Shown here: positions 16,753 to 32,139 of the stretch, piece after piece | Numbering within the stretch: position 1 is the first letter of the stretch | Layout: each line of letters starts with the position of its first letter | NCBI RefSeq assembly: GCF_009914755.1 | Contig: NC_060925.1 | Strand: one strand, 5' to 3' | Origin: the human T2T-CHM13v2.0 reference genome, Homo sapiens | Length of the DNA: 64,000 nt | Translations under genes and position numbers: made by a program | Notes under the pieces: model-generated | Seen by the model: only the letters and a program-made list of their open reading frames with translations | Databases searched by the model: none | Told to the model about the DNA's origin: nothing

Positions 16753-18390
16753 GTAGGTGCTGGGCCATTGGCAGGGAGGGCCTAATTTCCTCTGAAGTCC
16801 TCCTCTTCCTTGTCATGGCATTCCTCAGCGCCCTCCTGGAGCCAGAGCTGGAAAGCATAGGATGTGGCTGGATATCCTTGGATGTGTGCTGACCCCGACC
16901 TCACAGGCGGCCAGTGATAGGCAGTAAACCGTTTGAGGCCGCATGCAGGACCAACATCGAGGTGCAGGAGAAGACCATGTTAGATACAGGCAGGTGTGCT
17001 AGCAAGTCTGCCCCAAGGACTGCAGCCACAGACGGAAAATGCAGAGTTGACAAATAAACAATATTAAAATGCTATCTTTAAGTTTTTAACGTTTTTATTG
17101 TTGTATTTTTATAAATCCCTCCATAGCAGGCTACATCTTACCCTTGGGCTGTTTGAACCTAACCTGCTTGCAGTGAGACTCAGATGATCCCCTAGTCCAG
17201 CCTCTGTATAGCCAGAGGGGGGGCTATTCTGAACTCGTAATTGGGGCCAGTGCCTCAGGAGCAGCCAGGGCTGAGGGGTTCAGCATGGATGAGTCTCAAA
17301 TGAATCCTGAAATGTAGGGATGGGAAGGTTAATAAGGAGGATGTTGGAGGAATTCTTGGTAGACTCTTTGAGGGCCTAAGAGTGGTATTTCCCAAACTGT
17401 TATAGTAAACACTTGTTCCACAAAATGTTCGTAGGTATTCCACAGAAAATGCATTTCATGTTCAAACAATTTAGGGGAATGTAGTCTCTTTACTTCAGAA
17501 CCTGTTATAGTCTTTAATACACTAGTATGGCATTGTGAATTTCTAAGCCTTCTTGTTTGATCTCTCTGGACACCCCGTGGCATTTATTTTTAAAGGGAAC
17601 CTATTAATACACCTTGAGAAATGGTGATGCTGTTAAAGGGTGGCTCTACGGGACAGGGAAGATTTTCTCTATAGCTGCATCTCTTTTTGTTGTTCCATAC
17701 CTGGTGTTGTCCTTCCCCCATCCCCACCCTCCAGCCCCATCCCCGGTCTACTTTGGATTACCCACTATTTCATTTTTTTTTCTTTCTCACCTCCCTACAC
17801 TGTTGGCTTCTGAAAGGCCTCAAAGAGCATTATTTAGCAGTGGGAGAGATTGCTAAGCCCTGGTGTCTCATCTGACTGTAGCGCCCCAGGGACAGCGGCC
17901 CCTCCCCAGAATGAAGCACAGGCTGAGACCTTGGCTTGGGAAGCTCAGACTCTGCCTTAGCTCTGAAGACCATATGCACCGTCCCCTTCCCTGTGTTTCC
18001 CACAGCAGGCTCCCGGAGGCTGTCAGCCTGTGTGGCAGTGAGAATATAAATGGAGCTTGTAGTTGAGTTTTCGGGGAGGGTGCCTTCTTTTGAAGAGGAA
18101 AGATCATACTTTGCTCCTACCAATTGTAGATAGAGTAGTGCAACGGCATTGTAGAGATCAGCAGGCCCTGCGACATATATGGTTTGATTCCAGGCCTGCC
18201 AGATGAGTTAGCTGTTTCTATATGTAAGTTAAACACTTCTAGAAAAATTAACTCATTCCGTTCTGTAGCAAAGCAAGCATAGGGAGTCACATGTAGTTCA
18301 GATCATACAGCATGGAGTAGCAGGAGGCCATGGTCCCAGGAGCAGGTCCTGGCTCTGCTACTTACTAGCTCTATGAAACTGGCAAGTTAT

Positions 18391-18719
<329 letters not shown>

Positions 18720-21700
18720 TCAGTTTCTTTAAATCTGAACTAAGCACAATGGTGCCCACCTTGATGAGTTAGGGACCACATGATGTGATAGATATTAAAG
18801 TTTTATATAAGCTGTAACCCTATATACAGGTGTGAGGAGTTAGTATAAACATATTACAGTCCACAGGAAAATCGAATTTGTGTAATTCAGGCTAGACTAA
18901 AGCTTAGCTTTATGCAAAGAAATAAACAGCATAGTTTTGATTTAAGGGGCTTGGTTTTTCAGCCTGAGAGAATGACTGGATTCTAAGAACTTGAGGGTGC
19001 TGATGGTGTACATTGTGTGAATAAGGCTTATTACAAAATGAGTCTTAACTCCTTTAAGTAGCTGTGAACAGTGTATTAATGAGTACCATCAGAGTGTGTG
19101 GCATGTGGAGTTAGCTCCGAGTCTGAGTCTTCTGAGCACGCTGCTAAACTAACTTGTTAGGCCTCATGAGGTGGCAGTATTTTGATGAATCGTCATGGCC
19201 CACATTGGGATTTGAGATGCCCTTTATGGTTTCCCTGCCCCCAGGACCTAGAATCCCAGATTCGCAGACCCAGAGACCTAATTTGTAAGCGTGCAATGAG
19301 GGGTGTCCTCCCTTGGGGGAGGCTCACATTAACCAATATCCCAACCTGTATGTGCCACAATGCCAGTTTATTACTCTACAACAAGAAGTTGAACAGTCTA
19401 GATTTCCTGCCCTTGAAGACAAAACTGTACAGGTGGCCGCCTCATAATGACACAATTACTTGGGGAGCAAGGAACCCCAGGATGGAGGAAACAGTTACGG
19501 GATTCTACTCTTGCAAGGCTGCAGGCCAAGAGAGCCTGCTGTGTCCAGCCTCATGATGGAGTTTCCCCTGCTGCTCACTCAATTCCCAGACAGGGGCACC
19601 CTGAGCACCGGGGATTACTTCTGTAATTCTGCTTTCCTGTGCTTCTGTTAAGTATCTGGTGACCAAAGTACCCTCCTAGGAGGTGAGTGGTACCGCAGCT
19701 CCTGAAGTCTCTTGTTTCTAGAGGTGGCAGGCTGGATCTGACCTGTAAGTTTCATTTTTGTTTCATCTGTCTCCCACTGCTGAAGGAAAAGGCTAATGAC
19801 CATTAAGGTTTTTCATCCTTTAGTACTGAAGAACTAAATAAGTGTGGGCAGTGTATTATAAAGAGATAGAGCAGGCATAAAGGTTTAATAAAAGTAAGTG
19901 CCTAGAAATAAAGGGTAGCACAAGGGCTTCGTAAAGGAAATCATTAGGGAGGAATCTGGGGCATTTGCTCCAGATATAAATGTGTTCAGGGTTCGGCTTA
20001 AGGGAGTGCTTGCATGGGATCAAAGTAGAGGCTCTGCTTAAAGGATAAAACGTGGCACAAAACAAGAGCAGCGATGAGGAAGGTAATTGAGTGATTCTCC
20101 ACCTAAGAAAGCATGGCCTTCAGCTGCTAGTAATTAACTGGTCCTTCCTCAAAGGTAGGCCCTACCCCCCTGGAGTCATCAGGTGGTCAGTGCCACACAG
20201 CAGATGGTGGAGTTGGGATGGAGGTTATCGAGTTCAATATGTCAGTAGATAAGAAAACGTAGTCCCAAGTGGTTGGGTGACCCAAGATCACCCAAGGTCA
20301 AACAGTGGCAGAACAGAGATGAGACTTTACACACTACTTGGGGAGGGCTTTCACCCCTTTACAGTAGTGTGCTTGGGAGAAGTGAGGGCCCTCTAGGAAA
20401 GGAGGTTCTGTGGGAATGTCAGAGAAAGAGAAGTGGCCTTCAGTGGATGTGAAAGGGGAGAGCTGCGTCCATTGTTGCCTTGGCCAGACACCTCTCCAAG
20501 AGTGCTAAAGGCTCACATTGCTTCCTGGGGATTTCCTCTTTACATGGAGTAAGGCTTCTTAGGGGATCCTAGCCATGGTGTATGTTCTCCCCAAGCCCTC
20601 TTCTGTCTGCAGTGCTTTCGGATTTTGCTTTATTTGATACAATTTGGTTCTATCTTGTCCCGTTACTTTCCTCTTAGTTCACTTGACTCAGTGTGATGGT
20701 GCCAGAGGAAAGATTTTAATTGCTAATGCATGAAAGGGTAATGGGAGGAAATACAAAAGAAACAGAAATTCCTTTTTAGTTGGGTGCGTTATTTTGTAAC
20801 CTGTGTGTTTTAATGAACTGTATTTATTTTTCTAAATACGCCTGGGAAGCAAAGTATATTACTCATTCACCCACTCACCCATAAATTGTACCAGGATATT
20901 TTCAAGAGAAGAGTTTTAGAAAGTTGTTATATAGAATAATCATTGTGCAGTAGGACTTTCTAGGGTATATTTCTTAACTCTAATGAATGTAAAGAAGAAA
21001 ACCTTTGTGTTTTGCTGCTGAGGGGGTTATGAGTAAGCTTTGAAAGTAGGAAGGGATTTTTTAAAGTGTGTATGAGGAGCATGTGAGAAAATAGTAGGCC
21101 CTTATCATTGACTAGAAAATAACTGAAGTATAGAACATGTCTAATAAATGCTGCTGTTATGGGTGATTAGTGTAATGGGGCCAGAGTCGTAGGTTCAATC
21201 CTGGTTCAGTTCACTCCTGTCAGCCATAGGAAGCATCTTAAATTTGGGCCACTCTTTTTTTCTAAATCTTTAACATCACCAGTAGGAAGAAATGTGTGTG
21301 AATGACTGAGTATGTCTCATTGCTTGTATTGGGAAAACACAAAGCATATGTCCTAGTGATGGTAGCTCAGCAGCACGGGCCATCTTTGTATAAGGTGGTC
21401 AGGTGTCCACCTGATTGCTTTTGCACACTTCTTCTCAAGGATCATGCTAGTGGAAAGCAGAAATCCTGTGACATTTTCTCCCTGTTCCACATTTTAAGAA
21501 ATAAGATGTGGATGTGTACAGGTAGGCTGTGTTTGTTGTTAGAAGAATAGAAACACCAAATGCTAGAGGCAGAAAAGGGACTTCATGATGAAAATCCAGT
21601 CTCCTTATCGAGGAAGGCAACATATTTGCTCAGCAGAAAACTGGATGCCATAATAATCACTCTTTTCTTCCAGTGCTGGAAATGCTGGTGCACCATGAGA

Positions 21701-23804
21701 CAATTTCGCAACTCTTTATGCATCTTTAAGCATTTTTGACTGTGCACGAAAGTGAAAGTCATGCACAGTAGTTATTATCTTAGTTGAAAATGAATTAGAA
21801 GTTTTAAAAGAGGACCATCAGTATGAAAAATTCCATATCTCACCTTTTTTATGGATTTAAGTTACACAGTCTGTCCTCATTATGGGAAAATCAGAAAGTG
21901 CAGACTAAAAGAACAGAACAAGTATTCATAATCTTGTTCCTTGAGAGAATACTTTGGTATATATCTTCCTGAATCCCTTCTGTGCTTATATGTGTATTTT
22001 ATTAATTTTTTTTTTTTTTTTTTGGAAAATGAGATCCTAGTTTACAGAAAATTTTATAAGTATTGCAGTCAGGGCAGGAGCACTAACTCGAATTTTGAAG
22101 AATAGTGGGAAAAGTTTTAGAAAAATTGATAACATTTAAAAAAGCATAAAGAGTTGCAAAATCACTCTGTATACAGCAGTACTGCCAGTATTCAAAAATA
22201 CGGTAATTTATAACATTCATTCCTATTCATCAGGTTAGCCTAATTTGTTTTTCAATTTTGTCCAGTCTGGTTGCTTGTAATTTCTTATGGGCAAAACTAG
22301 GGTAGTTGCCGCTGTCAGGTTCTTTAAAATATATGGACCATCTCTATGATAGAAGAGAATGTATCAAAATATGCTTAAAACCTGACATTTTTACTAGATA
22401 CTATCACATCTTCCTTTTTTAAGAATTAAAGCTGTGCAGTGCCATTGTGTTATATCTCTGCCCTTCCTCCGTTAATCCACCTTCAAAAAAGAAAGTGAAA
22501 CGTTATTACTGTGGTAAATTTCCTTTGATGAAATTTAACCTGATTCTGCATTTTCTTGAATTTATCCAGCTACCTGATTTTAACTGCTATGAGCGGGACT
22601 GTATTTAATTGTAGGTGTACTTTTATCTTGGTTCTGACATTGCCATAAACTGCTTGAAGTCAAAGACTTCATCTCCCATCCCTGCCTCTAGGGTCAGTTG
22701 CAGCACTTGTTGAATGAATGAATGAATGAATGAGCAATTACCAATGTTTCAGAGCGCAGCCTGTGCCAGGCACCGTTCTGAGTGCTTCTTGTGGATCTGC
22801 TGATGGGATCCTTTGTGCCTGATGAATGCCTGATGATCCCTATTTGGTCCACTTTTGTTGGTAGTCTTCAAGCTTGATATCTGATTATCACTGTTGGAAG
22901 GTGTAAACTCACAGACTCAGAATTCTGGACTTGCTAAGTAACTTAGGGATCATGTTATTTACAGCCAGGGAGACAGGCGCAAAGGGATTAAGAAACCTGC
23001 GTTGTCACACAGCTGCTTCGCTGCGAGTGGGGATAAAATGCAGGTTTCTTGAGTCCCAGGTCAGCAGCCCTCCTGCTTGACAGCACTCTGCTTTCCTCCC
23101 AGAGCTTTTCTTGTGTTTGATTCCCTTCCTTTTGAGGACATTTATATCAATAAATGTCACCATTATGTAGTATTTACAGTACCATTAATTTTAAATCAAC
23201 TACATTAATAAATTGATATTTTATAAATAATAATTATATTAATAAATGTTCATATTTAACTTCCCAGGAATTCATTGTAGTTGCTAAACACCAAGGCACC
23301 ACCTGCAGTTCAGAAAACAACAGCTTGCAGGCCCGTTAGGGACAGAGATTATGTCTTGGAGTTTTCTTGGAGTTGCTGGAGTCAGAGTGGGCATTTGTCT
23401 ATAGTTGTTAATGATCCATCTGTCCCCAGCTGGTAGGTCCCCATATCCTCTCAGGTATCCCGAGGGTCATCTCTGTCTTTTCCTCTTTGCTCTGCAGCTG
23501 AGGAGGGAGCTGATTAGTCTGCAGGGAGACAGACCCACCTGTTCCCACCTCTTCGCCTCATCACCATGCTCTCATTTTAGGCTTTGGCTAAAAACAGATT
23601 CTCTTCTCCCTTGTGCATATCTTGTCATTTCTTTTCCTCCCTGCTCTTAGTTATATTTGGCGCGGCATTATTTAACTCTGCAGAACATCTTGGCCCAGAA
23701 CTTGAGCTAAGGGGCTGCACCATAGACTGCATTAAATCATTAAGTGACATTATGTGCTTCCTTCTTGGGGGATCAGTGTGGAGGGAAGCGGGTAGGGAGA
23801 TATC

Positions 23805-24940
<1,136 letters not shown>

Positions 24941-25398
24941 CCCAATTCCATCGTGAAAGAGACAGTGTGTAAGGGCTTCCATCAGTATACAACGTGCTCT
25001 GATATTTCCCATCTAAAAAAAAAAAAAAGTCCCCCGCAACTTTTCACTACTCTAAGCTGTGTCTCCTTTCATTTTTTCTTGAATCTGCTCCCTGTCATTT
25101 CTTACCCCATCATCCCACCAAAACTTGTTTTTATGAAAATCATCAAGCTTCCATGATTCCAAATCACATTCTCCGTCCTCTCACACTAAGCCTATCTCCA
25201 GCACTGGCATCATCATTTACTCCCTAGTCCTCAAAGTACTTGCTTCCCTCAGCCTCCAAAACACCATGGTGTCCTTCTCTCAATGCCTTCCCCATCTCAA
25301 GTGATGGCGCCTCCACCCTTCCAGCAGCAAATATCCTTCATCCCTCTACCCGGGGCAGGGAAACTTCAGGGCGTATGATAGAAAGAATACTACTGTTA

Positions 25399-25740
<342 letters not shown>

Positions 25741-26263
25741 CTATTCCTAAATCTTTCCAGTGGTTGCCCTTCATGAAACCCTCATTTGTGCTTTTTAAAA
25801 AGTCGCCTGTAAAAGGGACTCATTGCTGTGTAAGTCAACTCTCCATTATTTGCCCTGACGTGAGAACAAAGCCAGAGCGGAACTGTGAGGCAACAAAGCC
25901 AAATCAATGGCTGATACTCAAATTGCTCCCTCTGCAATTTGACAGCTTGCACAGATGATGGAAAGATGTATGTGTTGTTTAGAATAATGAGGGGCTGCAG
26001 AAAGCCATGAGGTGCTTGAGGAAAAAACACAAAGTAGATCTTCTCATCCCAACAAGCTTGACCCAGGCCTGAGTGAAGGTCATACAATCCTGCCTATCTT
26101 AAAGGATGTTTTTATCTCTAGCTTTTGTGAGCATCCTCGTGTTTTCCAAAAGGAAACATATTTTACTTGACCTTAACTAGGGGGACTCACTGCATCCTCT
26201 CCTCTCACACTTTATTCCAGTGTATGTGCTATTTTTTAATAATGTTTTTTTCAATCTTCCCAG

Positions 26264-26374
26264 AAAGAAGATTGGCCCATGCACAAGCTGGAATGTTCTC
26301 CCATGGTTGTTTTTGGGGAAAACTGGAATCCCTCGGAGACTGTAAGACTAACAGCAAGGATTCTGGCCAAACAG
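26264..26374 (+). CDS. SMYD2: SMYD2 exon 3 (KEDWPMHKLECSPMVVFGENWNPSETVRLTARILAKQ)
   Basis: cttcccag| acceptor, |gtgagg donor; end of MYND (HxxxC); 111 nt. Confidence 0.97.
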
Positions 26375-27677
26375 GTGAGGAAATGGGACAATGTTCAAGT
26401 GCATTTTATTTTGTTTTTCTTTTAAAGGTCAGAAAGATGAGTAACTGACCTTTGGTAACCATCTCTCGTTAAACATCCTTAGACTACATTTCCTATCATA
26501 TCCATATGGACAGGGGTGGGGAAAATACTCCAGGCATAATCTAGTTAGTTGTGTGCCCTGTGCAATTAGGATGTTGCTTACCCTAGACCAGGAGCATAGC
26601 CACAGCTCTGAAATTCTGAGCTGTTTTCATGACAGGTTTACATGGAAATACGTGACATGAAAAGCCTGACCTCAAATAATTAGAGCTTCCTAGGGAACCA
26701 GATTGGTCTGAGCAGCTTTGAGATTTTCCTCTCTTTCCATTCTGACATAAAGAGTGTACTCTGTTCCCCTTTCCTGTGTAATATTCTGCTCTTTCTTGGC
26801 TCCTTTCTTGCCTGTGCATAGGCAGGCAAAGAATTGGATGGAACAGCCTTGACTATGACATGTGCAAAGAAGAGAAAGAGTGGAAAAGTAGAAATAGAGG
26901 CAAGGGAGAGGGGAAGAGAGTTAAAAAAAAAAAGTGAAGAAGAAGGAAAGAAAGAGGTGCCCTTGATGGAAACAGATGATAGTCATCAATGGCTTTCTCC
27001 AGAAGTGATGCCAACTCTGACTATTCTGTGGTGGGCAGGACTATGCAAACTTACGCTCAAAGAGTGAGGAAGCTGAGAGACAGAAGAAAGAAGCTGACAA
27101 ATCCAGTTTATTAGAAACATTTACTAGGACTTATGAACTGAAGCCATGTCTATGTCTTGGGCGGCAGCAAGACAAGATGGTGGATCCCTGCACCATTACC
27201 CACCAGAGCCAGGGCTTATATACCATAGGGAAGAAATGTGTACAGCAGTTACAAGGAAAGGCAAGGATGCTATGCAAATCTGCCTGAGAGCAAGATTTGT
27301 GCTCAAGATTGTATTGACCTAAGGCAGGATTTAAGGTAGCCATAGACAAAGTAGAAATCTTAGAAGCATTCCCAGAGCAGGAGTTAACCAGAAATCAACA
27401 TGGTATATCAGCATCCAAGATGAAATTGCTTTAGCCACCGTACTGACTGTTCTCCGCCTGGTCTGGTTCATTCTTGCTGATTGCATAATAATTAGACACC
27501 TAATCTTCGAAGGGCCAAACTAAAAAGAGGACAGGAAAATGCCATAGAACTTGTCCTTGTGATCCAATGAAATAGGCAGTGTGGGGCTTAGAAGGCATAT
27601 GTCCAGGCTGTGGAGGTCTTGCTCCTCAGTGCTGTCAGAGAAGTTGGTGGCAGGGCCTCTGGACTATAAATCTTTTA

Positions 27678-28062
<385 letters not shown>

Positions 28063-29580
28063 TTAAAATTTTTCTATTTTTTAATCTAAGCCAAATGTGA
28101 TGGAAATGATTAGCATGTATCTGTCCCCAGACCAAGTTAGGATCCTGGGCTGTGTAAACAGAAGTAGAACATTTCAAAACTCTGAGGTCATCCTTCAGCT
28201 ATGTTCAGCTTGGGTCAGGTGCTTGCCGAAATGCTACCTCGCCAGCCAGCCGAGAGTAACAAAGGCCATTCATGGGTTGCCTGTAGAGTGAGACCAAAAC
28301 ATCAGAATTGTTTCCCTGCAGGAGGTTAACTTTCGGATCCTTAATAACAGTTATTTTTAAATTTATGCAGAGTATTTGGGCTGAATGAGTCAGAGGGAAT
28401 AGGATGACTGGGTGTGAGGTATCAGAGTCAGTAAGTCATCAGATGGGATCTCCGCACATCTTGGGAGGATTGGGTGGCCAAGCTGGTGTTTTATTATTTT
28501 GTTCCCCTGAATTATTGATGATATTTATAGTGATATGTTAAGAATTCAGAAGAGGCTGGTAGACTTTCCTGAATGAAAAGCTTTCCCAAGCGAGATGACT
28601 TATAAATCTTATAAAAATGCATCCCGTGAATGGAAGATTTCTGCTCCAAAAAAGAACTATTGAAATATTTCGGCACCAGGAGGGTAGTCTGAATGCAAAG
28701 ATGAGTTTATACAAGCTTCATTCAAGTTTTATTATAATTACTACTACTACTAATAGTGTATTAAATGAAAGTTACCTGCCCATCTTTTCATCTCTATAGG
28801 ACTTGATGATTAAAAAAACAGACCATTTGTATTCTAGTAGCTTGCAAAGGATTAGGGGAGACAGGCTACCAAACTACCAAGGGGAGGCTTAACATGTTAA
28901 CTAGGGAGGTGAGCATGCCCTGCTAGACCACCTGTATCCCCAAATTGAATAGCCACATTACAAAGACATGGCCTTGGGCCAGCTCCTGAGCTCTGCCTTT
29001 GAACTCTTGTCAACACCAAGTTTATTCATGTTCTCAAAGCCTAGCGGGTTTACTATTGTTAGCTCCTCTTGGGGTGTCTAGAACAAAGCCAGCAACGCGT
29101 TTAAAGTGAATCTGGGCTCACAGATACAACCAAAAGTGTTCTTTTTGAAACACAGAATTTGAGATCATTTTAGCCTATGCTTAAAGAAAGTGTAAAATGG
29201 ATGGGGGGTTTGATTTTGTTCCTTTTTAGAAGGAGAAATAATAAATAGGATGGTTTGTCTGTAGACCCAGTCCTTTTAAGTAAGGACCCTAAAAAGTTGT
29301 TTTCCGGCCCTGTTCTTTCCCGTAACAGGTATTTCTGAGCCTACTGTGTGCATAGTATTATCAGGGTGTTAGGTACACGGTAGACATTTAAAAAAGCGCT
29401 TTAGAAGAGTCTTTGGATTTGGCTGGTGGAGAGCCCTAGTGGTGGAGTCCTTGAGTAGCTTGTTTTACTTCCTTAAGAATTGTTACTTTTTCTTTATGTT
29501 GATGTAAAAGTGAAAGTGCCACTTTATTACACTGGTTGTTAAAAAATCTGTATCTGTGTGATTTCTTCCCCAATTGCTAG

Positions 29581-29641
29581 AAAATCCACCCAGAGAGAAC
29601 ACCTTCGGAAAAATTGTTAGCTGTGAAGGAGTTTGAATCAC
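29581..29641 (+). CDS. SMYD2: SMYD2 exon 4 (KIHPERTPSEKLLAVKEFES+H)
   Basis: ttgctag| acceptor, |gtaagt donor; 61 nt, phase 1. Confidence 0.97.
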
Positions 29642-30360
29642 GTAAGTCTTTCTGTGACCAGCCGCGCAGTTCTCTCAGCCACAGATTTCACATGCGTTGG
29701 GCAGGATTGAAGCGAGGACGGGCTAGTTTGTGCTCAGAGGAGTAGTGATTTCTTTGATTACTAGTTTTTATTTTTACTCTTGTGCTGTTTCGAAAAGCAC
29801 TTTTAGCTTTTTTCTTCTGAGTTGACAGGATTGTTAGGAAATAATTAAAGGAGGTAGGAGCTCCCAAAATGAATTATTGCACCCTGAGCTACCTCCTGCT
29901 GGCCCTCTTGGCATGCTGAATACTTTTGGATCTTTGCTGAATTGCGTCCTCTAAATAGCTGATGTTCTTACTGAAAGCCGTGAAATCAGGGGTTGTCCAG
30001 TTGTTTGACCACGGCCCAGATTCCCGGGCCAATTGGGGGGCCCTTGACTAGGCTGAGGCTGGTTATGAGTCATTGCTACCCATCCCTGACCTCATTGCTA
30101 ACAGTCAGTCGAAATCTCATGTCCCAAGTGACTTCTAGTCATCAGAGGGAGAGAAGGAAGAAATGGCTTGCTTTCTTTCCTTAGGGTTTGTCAGTTAAAC
30201 CAAGTAATGGGGAAGAATGTTCTCTGGGGGTTCAACATGTTAGTTTTGGGTTTTTTTTTTTTCGCCCGTTCCTTTCCTCTGTATCATTTACAGCAAAAAT
30301 AGGATGTAGCTAGAAATCCCACGCTTTCTACTGGGTGAATAATGGATTATTTATCCACAG

Positions 30361-30485
30361 ATCTGGATAAGTTAGACAATGAGAAGAAGGATTTGATTCA
30401 GAGTGACATAGCTGCTCTCCATCACTTTTACTCCAAGCATCTCGAATTCCCTGACAATGATAGCCTCGTAGTACTCTTTGCACAG
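30361..30485 (+). CDS. SMYD2: SMYD2 exon 5 (LDKLDNEKKDLIQSDIAALHHFYSKHLEFPDNDSLVVLFAQ)
   Basis: ccacag| acceptor, |gtaagg donor; lies within ORF 30342..30563; 125 nt. Confidence 0.97.
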
Positions 30486-31980
30486 GTAAGGACGCTGGCA
30501 GCAGGTAACACTCAGTCTGGCCTTTCCCTCTCCAAGGCCCTCTCCCTAGCAAGCACTCAGTGAAGATGAATGCAAATAGAATGATGGCATCTTCCTGACA
30601 ACGAAGCTCTGAGCCAATTGGACCGTGTGTTGCCATAGCCTTGCTCAGTGACCTTGAGCAGATCAAGGTCCCCTCTGCTGGCCCTCATTGATGGGTGGAG
30701 TGTAGGAAATTCGCCTCTGCCTCTGCCTCACAAAGAGTTCATGAAAACAAAGGAGTTGTCAGTGCCCTGGTACTCTGGCATACTTTAAGCTCTTTGCAAA
30801 GAAAAGACCATTTGAAGTTCCTACATTAAATTTTACTTTTACTCTCTTAAACCTTCTGTTCTATCTGTAGTGTTTTTTCACTCTAACCAAGGCTGCACTG
30901 ATAGGAGGGCCCTTTGTGATGGCCCGAGGAAGGACAGTCACTGCCGAGAGGAGCCCAAGTGGGTCTAGATGTGGAAGTCTTTCCTGATGGTGGCTAAGAA
31001 ATCTTGTTTAGAGAAGTCTAGGTTTACCAAAATCAGATCTAAGGAAATCTTAGGCTTCTAAGCAAGAGCAATTTGAAAGTGATTACAGCTTTGGAAACTA
31101 GGCCACTGGCAAGGCAAGCCTTGGGCATTGTTAGGACGAGAGAACAAAGGGTGCAGTGGCCATGCCTCGGGGAACACACAACCTTCCTGTTATCGTGAGG
31201 GTGGCTCTTCCTGGCCTGACTTACTAGATTGGATTTCTCTCTCATATGCCTTTGCGATGCCCTCTACAAACTGGGCATCTAGTTTAAAGTGACCTTCCCA
31301 GGTAGAGAAATATTAGAATTCTGCTCCATGGGAGCAAGAAGCTACATCAGTCTCCGGATGTGTAAAAGAGATGAAGTGGACACCTCCATGGTTTTGTCTT
31401 AGAATAGAATAAGCATTACCTAATGTACCCTTTGCCCAGTAACTCTGTTTGCAGGAATCTGTCCTAAGGATATAATCAGAAATCATGGACAGAGATTTAC
31501 GTACAAATTGTTTATTGTAGGATTCTTTTAAAAGCCAAAGGCAGAAAAGAAAGAAGGAAGGAGGAAAGGAGAGGAGGAAGGGAAGAAGAAAAGGAAAGAG
31601 GAAAAGGAAATACTATAAATGGCCAGTAGTGGGAGTTTGGTTACATAAATTATGGCATCTCCATGTGATGGAAGGTTACATAACCTTTATAAGTTACGTT
31701 TCACGACCGTCTAAACTTGGGAAATGCTGATGACATAACATTAAGTATCAAAGCAGTATGAAAAGTATGAAAAAAGGGTATAATACGAAAACACACATAC
31801 ATAACGTAAAGATTAAGTGGAAGTTCACAGTTGTCTTCCGAGTTGTGGAAAAATTTAGGCTTTTTACTGGGTGACTTTCTGGATTTTCTACAGTGAGCAT
31901 GTATAACTTACAAAAAGCATGCTAAGAAGGAGAAAAAGGCAAAAAGCACACACTTTAAAAATTACACACATAAAGAAAGT

Positions 31981-32139
31981 GGCCAGGCACCATGGCGTGT
32001 GTCTGTAGTCCCAGCTACTCAGGAGGCTGAGGTAGGAGGATCACTTGAGCCCAAGAGTTCGAGGCTGCAGTAAGCTGTGATCAAACCACTGCACTTCAGC
32101 CTAGGCAACAGAGAGAGACCCTGTCTATAAAGAAAAAAA
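31981..32139 (+). mobile_element. Alu monomer (FRAM-like)
   Basis: Single right-arm-type monomer with A tail. Confidence 0.85.

Noticed and set aside
16872-16879. ATATCCTT motif downstream of exon 2 (similar motifs near 25331 and 34257)
   Set aside because: Not at an exon boundary, no matched U12 branch/AC pair identified, and the canonical GT donor already explains the frame
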